From: a virus
Lineage: Duplodnaviria; Caudoviricetes
IMG/VR virus record: IMGVR_UViG_3300020397_000862
Span: 1 to 35,860 of that record
Length of the DNA: 35,860 bases
Direction: 5' to 3' (one strand)
The translations under genes were made by a program, and so were the position numbers. The notes below the pieces were generated by a model. The model worked only from the letters and a program-made list of their open reading frames with translations, did no database searches and was not told where the DNA came from. This document shows, piece by piece, positions 7,889 through 15,303 of the stretch (position 1 is its first letter; each line of letters begins with the position of its first letter).

Positions 7889-8614
7889 CTATCGTATAAA
7901 GCTATCGTATTTTAGTGGTTCAAGTTTCCCATCACCACGATCTATATAGTAACGCACGAACTCGAATTCGTCAAGGACTTTTCTTATTTGTGCGTCTTGA
8001 CTTCCCGATAAACTATTCGGGTCGTCTGTACCGACTCCTAATCTAGGAGTTTCTTTCTCTCTTAGATAACAATCAGTACCTGCATATATATTTTGATACA
8101 CATCTGGATTAAAGTTCCAAATAGAATCAAAACCTAGTAATACTACTTCTTCAAACCCCATGATTGAAGCTTGAGCCATAGCATTTGAACCTGCGAAAAA
8201 ATTCACAGCGAACTCTGGGTCATCATCTGTCCCAGCCATATTGATGATACGCCACTTAGGGTCGACACCAAGAATATGAACTTGTTTACCTAAGTCTTCA
8301 TATTCGTTACCGAATATTTGGACATGGTCAAATCTTTCTGTATCAGACTCATGAATCTCATAGCCTTGAAATGATGATAACATCATATCTTTGTATTCTT
8401 TTGGTATAGGTGACCAATCAGGAAAAATACACCAACGGTCTTTTGGGTAATCTGATTGACATATTTCTTTTATGATACCAGCGTCACCTGAAAGTAAATA
8501 ATCTGGTTCAAAGTCTCTATATAAAGCATTACAACCAAAAGTTTTACCTGGTAATTTAGATAAGTCTACACCCTTTCTTGAAGGGCCGTTTCCTATGATG
8601 TAGGCTCTTTCCAT
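7889..8614 (-). CDS. MptE/MAF(DUF115)/GT29-like nucleotide-binding-fold protein
   Basis: AYIIGNGPSR, FGCNALYRDF.PD.L...D and VVLLGFD motifs. Confidence 0.6.
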   Translation of the reverse strand: MERAYIIGNGPSRKGVDLSKLPGKTFGCNALYRDFEPDYLLSGDAGIIKEICQSDYPKDRWCIFPDWSPIPKEYKDMMLSSFQGYEIHESDTERFDHVQIFGNEYEDLGKQVHILGVDPKWRIINMAGTDDDPEFAVNFFAGSNAMAQASIMGFEEVVLLGFDSIWNFNPDVYQNIYAGTDCYLREKETPRLGVGTDDPNSLSGSQDAQIRKVLDEFEFVRYYIDRGDGKLEPLKYDSFIR

Positions 8615-9204
8615 AATCCTAATAATAAAGTTCTAATCTTTGTATGTTCTAATTCAATAAATGGTTCTAACTTTCTAAGTATCTTACCTTTCATAGGCCA
8701 AATAATCTTTTCACTAATCATGTTATCGTAGTCATTGAAGATATTAAATATCTTGTCACACGCTATCATAGTTTCTTGAGATATATTACCACCTAGATAT
8801 TCACGCAGTAAGTTTGAATGTTGACCATTCTTTATACCAAGAACAACATCTAAATCTTTATACTTATCAAATAACATTTTCATTTCTTCGTTAATTAAAT
8901 AAGTAAGTTTTTGTTTTCTCTTTTTAAAACTCTTATAGTTTTCTTCACATTCTTGTTCGAGTAATCTTCTACTAAATATCTTTTCTTTTGAAAGATTGGC
9001 TATATAGAAGTCTCTAAGTTCGTTAACATTGTTGTATTGTCTGGCTAATTTTGCGAAATGATACTTATCATTTCGTTTGAGGTAAGAATTGATTGAGGCT
9101 GATACTTTACCATTATACTGAAAAAAGTTATAACTATCGGTATGAAAGTGGTTACTAATAGCCAAATACAAACAATACGCATCATATCCTTCTCTACTGT
9201 TCAT
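8593..9204 (-). CDS. gp59: Helicase loader, T4 gp59
   Basis: AYCLYLAISNHFHTDSYNFFQYNGK, KRNDKYHFAKLA, NGQH..LL..YL...IS.ET. Synteny gp33-gp59-gp32. Confidence 0.9.
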   Translation of the reverse strand: MNSREGYDAYCLYLAISNHFHTDSYNFFQYNGKVSASINSYLKRNDKYHFAKLARQYNNVNELRDFYIANLSKEKIFSRRLLEQECEENYKSFKKRKQKLTYLINEEMKMLFDKYKDLDVVLGIKNGQHSNLLREYLGGNISQETMIACDKIFNIFNDYDNMISEKIIWPMKGKILRKLEPFIELEHTKIRTLLLGLWKEPTS

Positions 9205-9394
9205 CTCCAAAGTCCCATATACCTAACACATAATTTTCAGCTGCATCTTCTGCATATTGTTCACTATGATTTCGAATAGTTTTTTGTCCTTGAAAAACCT
9301 GTTTTATGAAACAAGTAATTATATATTCACCGTCTCTATTTTCATGAACTTGAGCCCACCTATCTCCGTCCCGAAAGTCATGTATTAACTCCAT
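9194..9394 (-). CDS. Hypothetical protein
   Basis: 66 aa with [16 protein letters not shown]. Overlaps its neighbours in the operon. Confidence 0.7.
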   Translation of the reverse strand: MELIHDFRDGDRWAQVHENRDGEYIITCFIKQVFQGQKTIRNHSEQYAEDAAENYVLGIWDFGDEQ

Positions 9395-9651
9395 CTTGGT
9401 CTATTTGGTAGTGAGTTTTTTCTATCTGCTAATCTTTGTCTTTTAATAGCTTCAGCTTTCTTTCTTTGTCTTTTAGCTGATGGTTTTTCATAGAACTCCC
9501 TTTTCTTACATTCTTGAATTATACCAGCTCTTTCACATTTCTTTTTAAACTGACGCAACATCTGGTCAAAAGAAAGTTCTTTCTTTTTATGTCTAAAGTT
9601 TTTCTTGAAATGTTTTCTTTGATGGTAAGATTTTTGTTTTTGTGGTCTCAT
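9385..9651 (-). CDS. rpsU: 30S ribosomal protein bS21 (phage-encoded)
   Basis: [45 protein letters not shown] matches the S21 signature (F..ALRRFK...EK.G...E...REFYEKP). Confidence 0.92.
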   Translation of the reverse strand: MRPQKQKSYHQRKHFKKNFRHKKKELSFDQMLRQFKKKCERAGIIQECKKREFYEKPSAKRQRKKAEAIKRQRLADRKNSLPNRPRWS

Positions 9652-9653
9652 AA

Positions 9654-9878
9654 TTAAATCGGTAGTTTCGCTTTTGAACCAGAGTCTTTCACCATTTTAA
9701 GACCTACTGCTTCGGCTTTTATTTTTTCTTTTAGTGGTGGTGTCACCAGACCTTTTACTGAATCTGGTTCTAAATGATTTTCTTGACAAAATAAAACAAT
9801 CGCGTCTATGTAAGAACATCTTTTATCTATGACTAATTGTTCAATAGATGTAGAAAACTTCTTCTTCGTTAAAATCAT
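9654..9878 (-). CDS. gp33: Late-transcription coactivator, T4 gp33
   Basis: FS..IE.LV....SYIDAIV.FC.EN..E...V..L....LKEKI..EA, ending AKLPI. Confidence 0.9.
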   Translation of the reverse strand: MILTKKKFSTSIEQLVIDKRCSYIDAIVLFCQENHLEPDSVKGLVTPPLKEKIKAEAVGLKMVKDSGSKAKLPI

Positions 9879-9889
9879 AATATAATGCT

Positions 9890-9918
9890 ATCCTATACCC
9901 ACTATTCTAATCTGTCAA
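9890..9918 (-). promoter_or_regulatory. Sigma70-type promoter for the gp33-rpsU-gp59 operon
   Basis: TTGACA (9918-9913) N17 TAGGAT (9895-9890). Confidence 0.55.
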
Positions 9919-10047
9919 TGCCCTAATGTTTCTCTCAAATTTATATTTGTCCTTAAAGTATCTCATAACACCATATACACGGTCATTATCTATCATGTAA
10001 CCATTCATACTGATTGAGGCTAAAAGTATTAGTGAGTATCTATACAT
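9907..10047 (-). CDS. Small hypothetical protein (46 aa)
   Basis: MYRYSLILLASISMNGYMIDNDRVYGV... Start overlaps the iscU stop (TAATG). Confidence 0.45.
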   Translation of the reverse strand: MYRYSLILLASISMNGYMIDNDRVYGVMRYFKDKYKFERNIRALTD

Positions 10048-10472
10048 TATTCTGGTGGATTATTATGTTTTCTTCGTTGTGTTTTCTTTTCCCAATCTTC
10101 TATGGCATGTTTAATAGTTTCTTCAGCCAAGACTGAACAATGTAATTTAATTGGTGGTAATTCAAGAGCATCTGCGATTTCTTTATCTTTGATAAGTTTG
10201 GCTTCTTCAAGAGTTTTACCTTTTAACATTTCTACAAACATTGTACTTGAAGCGATAGCACTACCACAGCCGTAAGTCTTGAACTTAACATCTATAATCT
10301 TATCATCATCATTCAGTTTCAAATCCAGTTTCATAACATCACCACAAGCTGGTGCACCTGCAAGACCTGTCGCTACCATAGGGTCTTTGGGGTCAAATCT
10401 ACCGACCGCGTGTTTCTCTGGATTCTTTAGAACATCTTCGAATCTTTCTACTACTTGTTTACTGTATGCCAT
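10047..10472 (-). CDS. iscU: Fe-S cluster scaffold IscU
   Basis: GAPACGDVMKL, KFKTYGCGSAIASS and LELPPIKLHCSVLAE; all three Cys and the LPP(V/I)K chaperone motif are present. Confidence 0.95.
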   Translation of the reverse strand: MAYSKQVVERFEDVLKNPEKHAVGRFDPKDPMVATGLAGAPACGDVMKLDLKLNDDDKIIDVKFKTYGCGSAIASSTMFVEMLKGKTLEEAKLIKDKEIADALELPPIKLHCSVLAEETIKHAIEDWEKKTQRRKHNNPPE

Positions 10473-10515
10473 ATTGTGACCTTTTTGTGAAATCTCTTTT
10501 TTTCTTTATAATTAT

Positions 10516-10586
10516 TATTTATATAAAAACATAACTGTTATAAATAATAATGTAAGAAATAATTCTTACTGTTTTAATTATTTATA
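10516..10586. promoter_or_regulatory. Cluster of three late promoters TATAAATA (- 10523-10516; + 10539-10546; - 10586-10579)
   Basis: Exact consensus matches. Hairpin GTAAGAA/TTCTTAC at about 10552-10569 lies among them. Confidence 0.6.
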
Positions 10587-10597
10587 AGGAAAACGCC

Positions 10598-10732
10598 ATG
10601 ACAACTTTAAAACTTGCTTGGCGTAGACACGGCGAAGAAATAAAAGCCTCTGTCGAAAATATATTAGAAGTTGGATTCATAATTCTTGGACTAACTTCTC
10701 CTGTCTGGATTATATTTTTCTCAGGACTATAA
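10598..10732 (+). CDS. Small single-TM protein (44 aa)
   Basis: AAGGA RBS, upstream late promoter. MTTLKLAWRRHGEEIKASVENILEVGFIILGLTSPVWIIFFSGL. Confidence 0.65.
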   Translation: MTTLKLAWRRHGEEIKASVENILEVGFIILGLTSPVWIIFFSGL

Positions 10733-10754
10733 AACTTAGGCACTACACCAAGTC

Positions 10755-11450
10755 TTACATATTATATTCGGCCCTATAGTGGTCTCGGAGGACTTTTAGC
10801 TCCTCAAGCCAGTTCTCTGCCTTTTCAACAAACAACTGAGCCTGTCCTGTTTCCTCTACAGCTACAATCGTTACTATTTGTTCTATCTTTTCATTATAGT
10901 GTTCTTCAAACATTTTAGCATATGCTGATTCTTGCATGAAGTAGTTCTTAATCTTACTCGGTGTTTTCTTCTTAGTTGATGTTTTAAAATCTACAACGGA
11001 TAATTTATCATCAAACTTCGCGATACAATCCACTCTTCCAGCCATTTGTAGTTCGTCTGAATACATAGACTTTTCTAACATATAAACATCACCCAATCGG
11101 TTCGTGATTTCTTTTGTCTGATTAAACATCATCAAATCTAGTGGTAAAGCCTTGTCAATCATTTCTTGAGTAAGAATGTTGTTAACATAATCTTCTTGAA
11201 GTTGATGATATCTTGTACCTCTAGAGGCCGCCTGTCTTGATATTTTATTGGCTTTCTTTTCGCCTACTGCTTTTCGCCACTTCTGAATCCAGACTTTGTT
11301 TAATATTCCTGTAACAGAAGTAACAGAAGGATATCTATTACCATTTGGTGTCACATAATATCTTTTACCATCTACCGTTTCTGTAGGTAAATTTATTCCA
11401 TCATAACCTGATAAATGATTAAAATTCTTTTTGTATATTTCTTGGTTCAT
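10755..11450 (-). CDS. PD-(D/E)XK exonuclease (T4-like phage exonuclease family)
   Basis: RYYVTP.G..YPSVTSV, WRK.VGE..AN, RGT..H, AGRVDCIA, VVDFKTS, YFMQ.SAY motifs. Confidence 0.88.
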   Translation of the reverse strand: MNQEIYKKNFNHLSGYDGINLPTETVDGKRYYVTPNGNRYPSVTSVTGILNKVWIQKWRKAVGEKKANKISRQAASRGTRYHQLQEDYVNNILTQEMIDKALPLDLMMFNQTKEITNRLGDVYMLEKSMYSDELQMAGRVDCIAKFDDKLSVVDFKTSTKKKTPSKIKNYFMQESAYAKMFEEHYNEKIEQIVTIVAVEETGQAQLFVEKAENWLEELKVLRDHYRAEYNM

Positions 11451-11613
11451 ATTCTAATTTAACTATAACTTTATCGCCTTTTCTTGTGCCATTTTCATAA
11501 AGCTGGTCATACATACCTGCTGCACCATCCTTAACACCTGATTTATAACCTAATTTAACTCCTATGTAAGCTCCCAACATTAATGCTCCCACTACGAAGA
11601 TATCTATTTCCAT
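11419..11613 (-). CDS. Small membrane protein
   Basis: N-terminal hydrophobic helix; coupled to neighbours. Confidence 0.65.
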   Translation of the reverse strand: MEIDIFVVGALMLGAYIGVKLGYKSGVKDGAAGMYDQLYENGTRKGDKVIVKLEYEPRNIQKEF

Positions 11614-11906
11614 TAATCTACTACTCCATGTTTCTTTAATACTTCTCTAGTTTTAACTTCTTTTGTGGATTTTCGTGTTCTCTCACTAGCTAAACTAGAA
11701 CTCGGGTGCCCTTCAGCCACCTTATCAAGAACTTCTCCGAAACCACCTTCTTTATTTCTTACACTAACTGAACCGACAATATTTGGTGCCGATACTCTTT
11801 GTTGTAGATGTGGATTATCTTTTTTAAATTCATCTAGTTTAGTATAAGACATAAAGTGGTCTTCTACTTCTTCTGTCTTTGTATTATAGAACTCGTAGGT
11901 CGGCAT
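11613..11906 (-). CDS. FmdB-like small protein (Cys-less variant)
   Basis: MPTYEFYN..T.E..D.FMS......F..DNPHLQQ...AP motif. Confidence 0.6.
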   Translation of the reverse strand: MPTYEFYNTKTEEVEDHFMSYTKLDEFKKDNPHLQQRVSAPNIVGSVSVRNKEGGFGEVLDKVAEGHPSSSLASERTRKSTKEVKTREVLKKHGVVD

Positions 11907-12054
11907 CTTCTAAATTAAACTCCTCTTCAATATCATCTGGACAACCATTGTGTCCTATCAATGATAATAATTTTTGTTCTTCTCTCCATAGGAGAAAGTG
12001 TTCTGCTACTTGTCTAGTAGTATGTGTCAATGTACTTACTGGTTGTCTTCTCAT
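11884..12054 (-). CDS. Small hypothetical protein (56 aa)
   Basis: Not in the ORF track. MRRQPVSTLTHTTRQVAEHFL...IGHNGCP; ATGA overlap with the upstream gene. Confidence 0.6.
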   Translation of the reverse strand: MRRQPVSTLTHTTRQVAEHFLLWREEQKLLSLIGHNGCPDDIEEEFNLEDADLRVL

Positions 12055-12335
12055 GAAAAATCCTCTGAATCTGGTATTGGTATACCGTAGTCATTTAGTT
12101 TTTGTGTCTTTACTGAACCCTTAGTTCTTACAATTCTAGTCTTTGAATCCATAACATCAGGTATTATTTTTTGATACTCTAAAATATTGGCTTCAAGTTC
12201 TTTCATTTTTGATTCAAGTGTAGAAATCATATCTACCTTTTCTTGTATCTTGATATGAGTTTTACTTAAAGCCTCTTGTAGTTGTTTTACATTATCTTTG
12301 AGTATTTGTATTTCTTGTTGTTTTTTTCCAATCAT
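12051..12335 (-). CDS. Coiled-coil hypothetical protein
   Basis: Heptad pattern; ATGA coupling. Confidence 0.7.
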   Translation of the reverse strand: MIGKKQQEIQILKDNVKQLQEALSKTHIKIQEKVDMISTLESKMKELEANILEYQKIIPDVMDSKTRIVRTKGSVKTQKLNDYGIPIPDSEDFS

Positions 12336-12616
12336 ATTTTTTTAACAAATTTTTTAAGTATTTTTTTCTCTTCTAATGTGAAAGAGTCCATAGTTTTAGG
12401 ACCCCAAACAGTGCCAAATCTTACACACTTGTCAGCTGTCTTGACCATAGTATTCCATAATTCATCTTCCATTTGAGATTTATGGGTCTTATCGTCCGTC
12501 ACTTTGTATATAGCTTGGCCTAATTTACAGAAAAACTCTTCTGTGGGAGTTGGGTCATAATAACCCCTTGGTTTACCTCGATATAAGTTGCTTCTATTCG
12601 CTAGTTGGTTCATCAT
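12332..12616 (-). CDS. Hypothetical protein
   Basis: 94-aa ORF in the operon. Confidence 0.7.
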   Translation of the reverse strand: MMNQLANRSNLYRGKPRGYYDPTPTEEFFCKLGQAIYKVTDDKTHKSQMEDELWNTMVKTADKCVRFGTVWGPKTMDSFTLEEKKILKKFVKKI

Positions 12617-13055
12617 CTTTTCCTTTCTTATAATCGTTAATATCTACAACCTTATCTGTCTCACCAGTAAGGTCTTTTATAGGTGCGTTTTCTAAATCCA
12701 TATCTTTCAAACCATTCAAGTCAAAATCAGGTTCGAATGTTATTTCACCGAAGTCTTCATCATCTAATGGTTCACCAGCCACAAAAGTTGGTGTTAATTC
12801 TTGACCTAATAATTCAGCAGCTAAATTTTCTCCTTTCATTATTAGTTCATCATAATATGGAGCAAGTTTTATATACTCACCCATTATTTGTGCAAAAATC
12901 ATAGCCATCTTGTGAGCCTGTTGACTCTCCCAAGTGACCTCTTCTTGCACTGTGTCCTCGTTCTCACAAAAGACAACTTGAACATCTTTACAACCAGAAG
13001 TAATACGAATGAACGCATCTCCTTTTTGTCCTTTAATAGTAAATTTATGAATCAT
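12594..13055 (-). CDS. Acidic hypothetical protein
   Basis: 153 aa; ITFEPDFDL and KVVDINDYK motifs. Confidence 0.7.
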   Translation of the reverse strand: MIHKFTIKGQKGDAFIRITSGCKDVQVVFCENEDTVQEEVTWESQQAHKMAMIFAQIMGEYIKLAPYYDELIMKGENLAAELLGQELTPTFVAGEPLDDEDFGEITFEPDFDLNGLKDMDLENAPIKDLTGETDKVVDINDYKKGKDDEPTSE

Positions 13056-13383
13056 GATATTCTCTCAATCTGTAATAAATTAATAGTTCTTCGCGTTCAT
13101 AGACTGGTCTAACTGTATACAACTCTCTCTGGTCTCCAGAAGGGTAATGAATATTTGTATTGACGAAACAATTTGGGTCTTCTGCATGATTTATAAACCC
13201 ACCTAGTGGTGTTCTAATCCATTCTCTTCTTTCATCTTGCCATATATGAGTTTCACCCAAGAAAACTCCCGCATCAATATCTTCTGTTGCGAATAAGCCA
13301 AGGCCATCACAAACAGTTGATTCTTTAATTGTGAGTCCGCTCGGTAGAGCTGTGTATGTATCTTTAAATTGTATTTTTCTCAT
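13045..13383 (-). CDS. SET-domain protein (putative lysine methyltransferase)
   Basis: GLGLFATEDI, GGFINHAEDPNC and EELLIYY match SET motifs GxG, NHxxxPN and EELxxxY. Confidence 0.85.
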   Translation of the reverse strand: MRKIQFKDTYTALPSGLTIKESTVCDGLGLFATEDIDAGVFLGETHIWQDERREWIRTPLGGFINHAEDPNCFVNTNIHYPSGDQRELYTVRPVYEREELLIYYRLREYHDS

Positions 13384-13391
13384 TGTGTATC

Positions 13392-13421
13392 ATTATATAA
13401 AAAGCGTCACCCCGCTTTCAA
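13392..13421 (-). promoter_or_regulatory. Sigma70-type promoter overlapping a terminator-like hairpin
   Basis: TTGAAA N18 TATAAT, 8 nt before ATG 13383. Spacer folds AAAGCG-GGGTGA-CGCTTT followed by T-run. Confidence 0.6.
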
Positions 13422-13424
13422 TGC

Positions 13425-13841
13425 CTATTCGGTGATTTTTTCAATTCTGTCAATTTGTTGTTGAATGATTGGTTTTCTATTTGGCCAATAGATGTATTCT
13501 TTCTCGTCATTCTTCATAAGATTTTGAAGAAGAGGAAGAATAAGTTTTTTCATTTCTATAATTGTATCTTGATATTTAAGTTCTTGTTTTGAATCCATCA
13601 AAGAAAGATTTTCTTTGTGTTCATCTAACTCTGATAAAGCCGAACTTAGATTTCTAGACATTAAATCAATCTTAGATTCTAGACCTTCTACTTGAGCCGA
13701 ACTAACTGAACTAGCAGAAGACTTAGCGACTTCTTTGAGTTGTTTAGCAACTTCTTCGTTTACTGCAGCAGTTTCACCTGTTTTAGAAACAAGTTCATCT
13801 TGGTCTACGGCGGTAAAGCCGAAATCGTTTATCTCACTCAT
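13425..13841 (-). CDS. Hypothetical protein (T4-like phage type)
   Basis: DFGFTAVD...LILPLL.NL.KN..KEYIYWPNR. Confidence 0.75.
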   Translation of the reverse strand: MSEINDFGFTAVDQDELVSKTGETAAVNEEVAKQLKEVAKSSASSVSSAQVEGLESKIDLMSRNLSSALSELDEHKENLSLMDSKQELKYQDTIIEMKKLILPLLQNLMKNDEKEYIYWPNRKPIIQQQIDRIEKITE

Positions 13842-14043
13842 TTATTGGTACCCTAACTATTTTAATGCCTCTTCTTACAAGTTCATTTCTTATCTTCTGT
13901 TTCAACTTAGGCTTTGTTGAGTCTTTGTTTAGCTCATCAAATAAAGTATCTTGAGATTGGCACTTCATGTAGTAGTGCTCTGTCTTCAACTTTCCTGTAG
14001 CTCTGTCTTTAGTGACAGCAGACGGTTTGAACTTTGTAGGCAT
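13834..14043 (-). CDS. Basic hypothetical protein
   Basis: 69 aa; KPKLKQKIRNELVRRG. Confidence 0.7.
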   Translation of the reverse strand: MPTKFKPSAVTKDRATGKLKTEHYYMKCQSQDTLFDELNKDSTKPKLKQKIRNELVRRGIKIVRVPINE

Positions 14044-14050
14044 TATTTAG

Positions 14051-14254
14051 TTATTCTGATTCTTCGGCTGAAGCTTCTTCAGCTGCTGGTTGGGGAACTT
14101 CTTGACCTTGTTCTTGAACTTCAGCAACAAGTCTTTCTCTCATTTGACCAACGCCAGATAGTTCTTCACCACGAAATGCACCTCTTTGTGAAACTACATC
14201 AATGATTGAAACTAGACCAGCCAGGTCTTGTACTGTTAAGTGTTTAACTTCCAT
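14051..14254 (-). CDS. Hypothetical protein
   Basis: AGGAG RBS; LTVQDL....IIDVVSQRGAFRGEELS.VG. Confidence 0.75.
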   Translation of the reverse strand: MEVKHLTVQDLAGLVSIIDVVSQRGAFRGEELSGVGQMRERLVAEVQEQGQEVPQPAAEEASAEESE

Positions 14255-14288
14255 TATTTACTCCTATATTCATAATTAATTTTAAGTA

Positions 14289-14316
14289 GTAGATGGCCTA
14301 AAACAAGACCATCTAC
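14289..14316. terminator. Stem-loop GTAGATGG(N12)CCATCTAC
   Basis: 8-bp perfect inverted repeat, extendable with G-U pairs; no strong U tail, so it may be a processing or stability hairpin. Confidence 0.45.
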
Positions 14317-14323
14317 ATCGATC

Positions 14324-14404
14324 TTATTTTAGGTTTCTAATCCTGTCAAGCCTTCTTAATTTCTTAACATGATTATGAACCATTCTTTTACTTTTTCGTA
14401 TCAT
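14324..14404 (-). CDS. 26-aa basic peptide MIRKSKRMVHNHVKKLRRLDRIRNLK
   Basis: AGGAGGT directly before ATG 14404. Confidence 0.55.
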   Translation of the reverse strand: MIRKSKRMVHNHVKKLRRLDRIRNLK

Positions 14405-14450
14405 ATACCTCCTGAGTTAGTTAATCTACAAATTATCATAATAACAATTT

Positions 14451-14464
14451 AGACCACCTCCTTT
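14451..14464 (-). promoter_or_regulatory. Extended Shine-Dalgarno AAAGGAGGTGGTCT
   Basis: 14 nt able to pair with the 16S 3' end GGAUCACCUCCUUU (two G-U pairs). Confidence 0.6.
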
Positions 14465-14522
14465 TTTGGTTAGATTTTTTTCATAATGAAATACCTTGTC
14501 GGGTAAATTCACCCACTCAACA

Positions 14523-14888
14523 TTACGAAGGAAATCTAGATACGGTTACTGCCTTGGCAGATGAATCTGTATCTACCGTTTTTGTTAAAGGTACTTCGAT
14601 AAGATTCTGGTCTACATTTAAAATAAAACCAGCAAACTCACCGACACCTTTCCAAACTTCTGTTTCTGAGTCATATAAAAACTCAATACTATTTGGTTCA
14701 TCAAACCCTTGATAGACTACAATGTGTCCATCTATAGGGTCAAATTGTCTAATCTCACCGACGCGAGTCTTACCTGAATTATCTAGATAAGTTACTGCTC
14801 TTTCGTCTTGAGTTAGACCTAATTTATTTATTGACTTTTGCACTTCTTTTTTTCTTGACTGCTGGTACCCAATCTGGATACGCTTCAT
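14523..14888 (-). CDS. Hypothetical protein (start uncertain, maybe GTG 14843)
   Basis: Beta-rich ORF in the operon. Confidence 0.6.
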   Translation of the reverse strand: MKRIQIGYQQSRKKEVQKSINKLGLTQDERAVTYLDNSGKTRVGEIRQFDPIDGHIVVYQGFDEPNSIEFLYDSETEVWKGVGEFAGFILNVDQNLIEVPLTKTVDTDSSAKAVTVSRFPS

Positions 14889-15300
14889 GTAAAACTTCCT
14901 GAGTTATTTTATATGGAAGTTTTTTGTCTTTTACTGAGACAATTAGTTTTGCCTCTTCAACCCATAAGCTCTCAACCATATCTAAAAAGACTTTTTCTCT
15001 TTTTGATGGAGACATATTATCTGCCCCACCTTTTACTAGATATCTAAAGTTTCTATAAGCTCTTATGAGTCTATCGTCAGCTAAATCTGGACCTGAAACA
15101 TTATTAAAGTTAACTTCTTTAGGTAACTCACCCTTTGGTAATAACCATTCAATGTTTGGGTCATAAACACCTTTCATGATATACATCATATCTTTTCTTT
15201 CTGTATACTGAGAAAGTAATGCTACTTTATCTTTCTTAGATTTTAATTTAACTGCTTCTTGCAATATTTCAACTACACTTGCATTATTTGGTAACGCCAT
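14824..15300 (-). CDS. Hypothetical protein (T4-like phage type)
   Basis: EIL....K.KSKKDKV..L, YDP.IEW.LP.G, KRE..F..M.ESL..EEA.L....KDKKL. Confidence 0.75.
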   Translation of the reverse strand: MALPNNASVVEILQEAVKLKSKKDKVALLSQYTERKDMMYIMKGVYDPNIEWLLPKGELPKEVNFNNVSGPDLADDRLIRAYRNFRYLVKGGADNMSPSKREKVFLDMVESLWVEEAKLIVSVKDKKLPYKITQEVLHEAYPDWVPAVKKKRSAKVNK

Positions 15301-15303
15301 AAT

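Noticed and set aside
10755-11450. Cas4-like nuclease / CRISPR system
   Set aside because: No four-Cys cluster, no other cas genes and no repeat-spacer array seen in the window.
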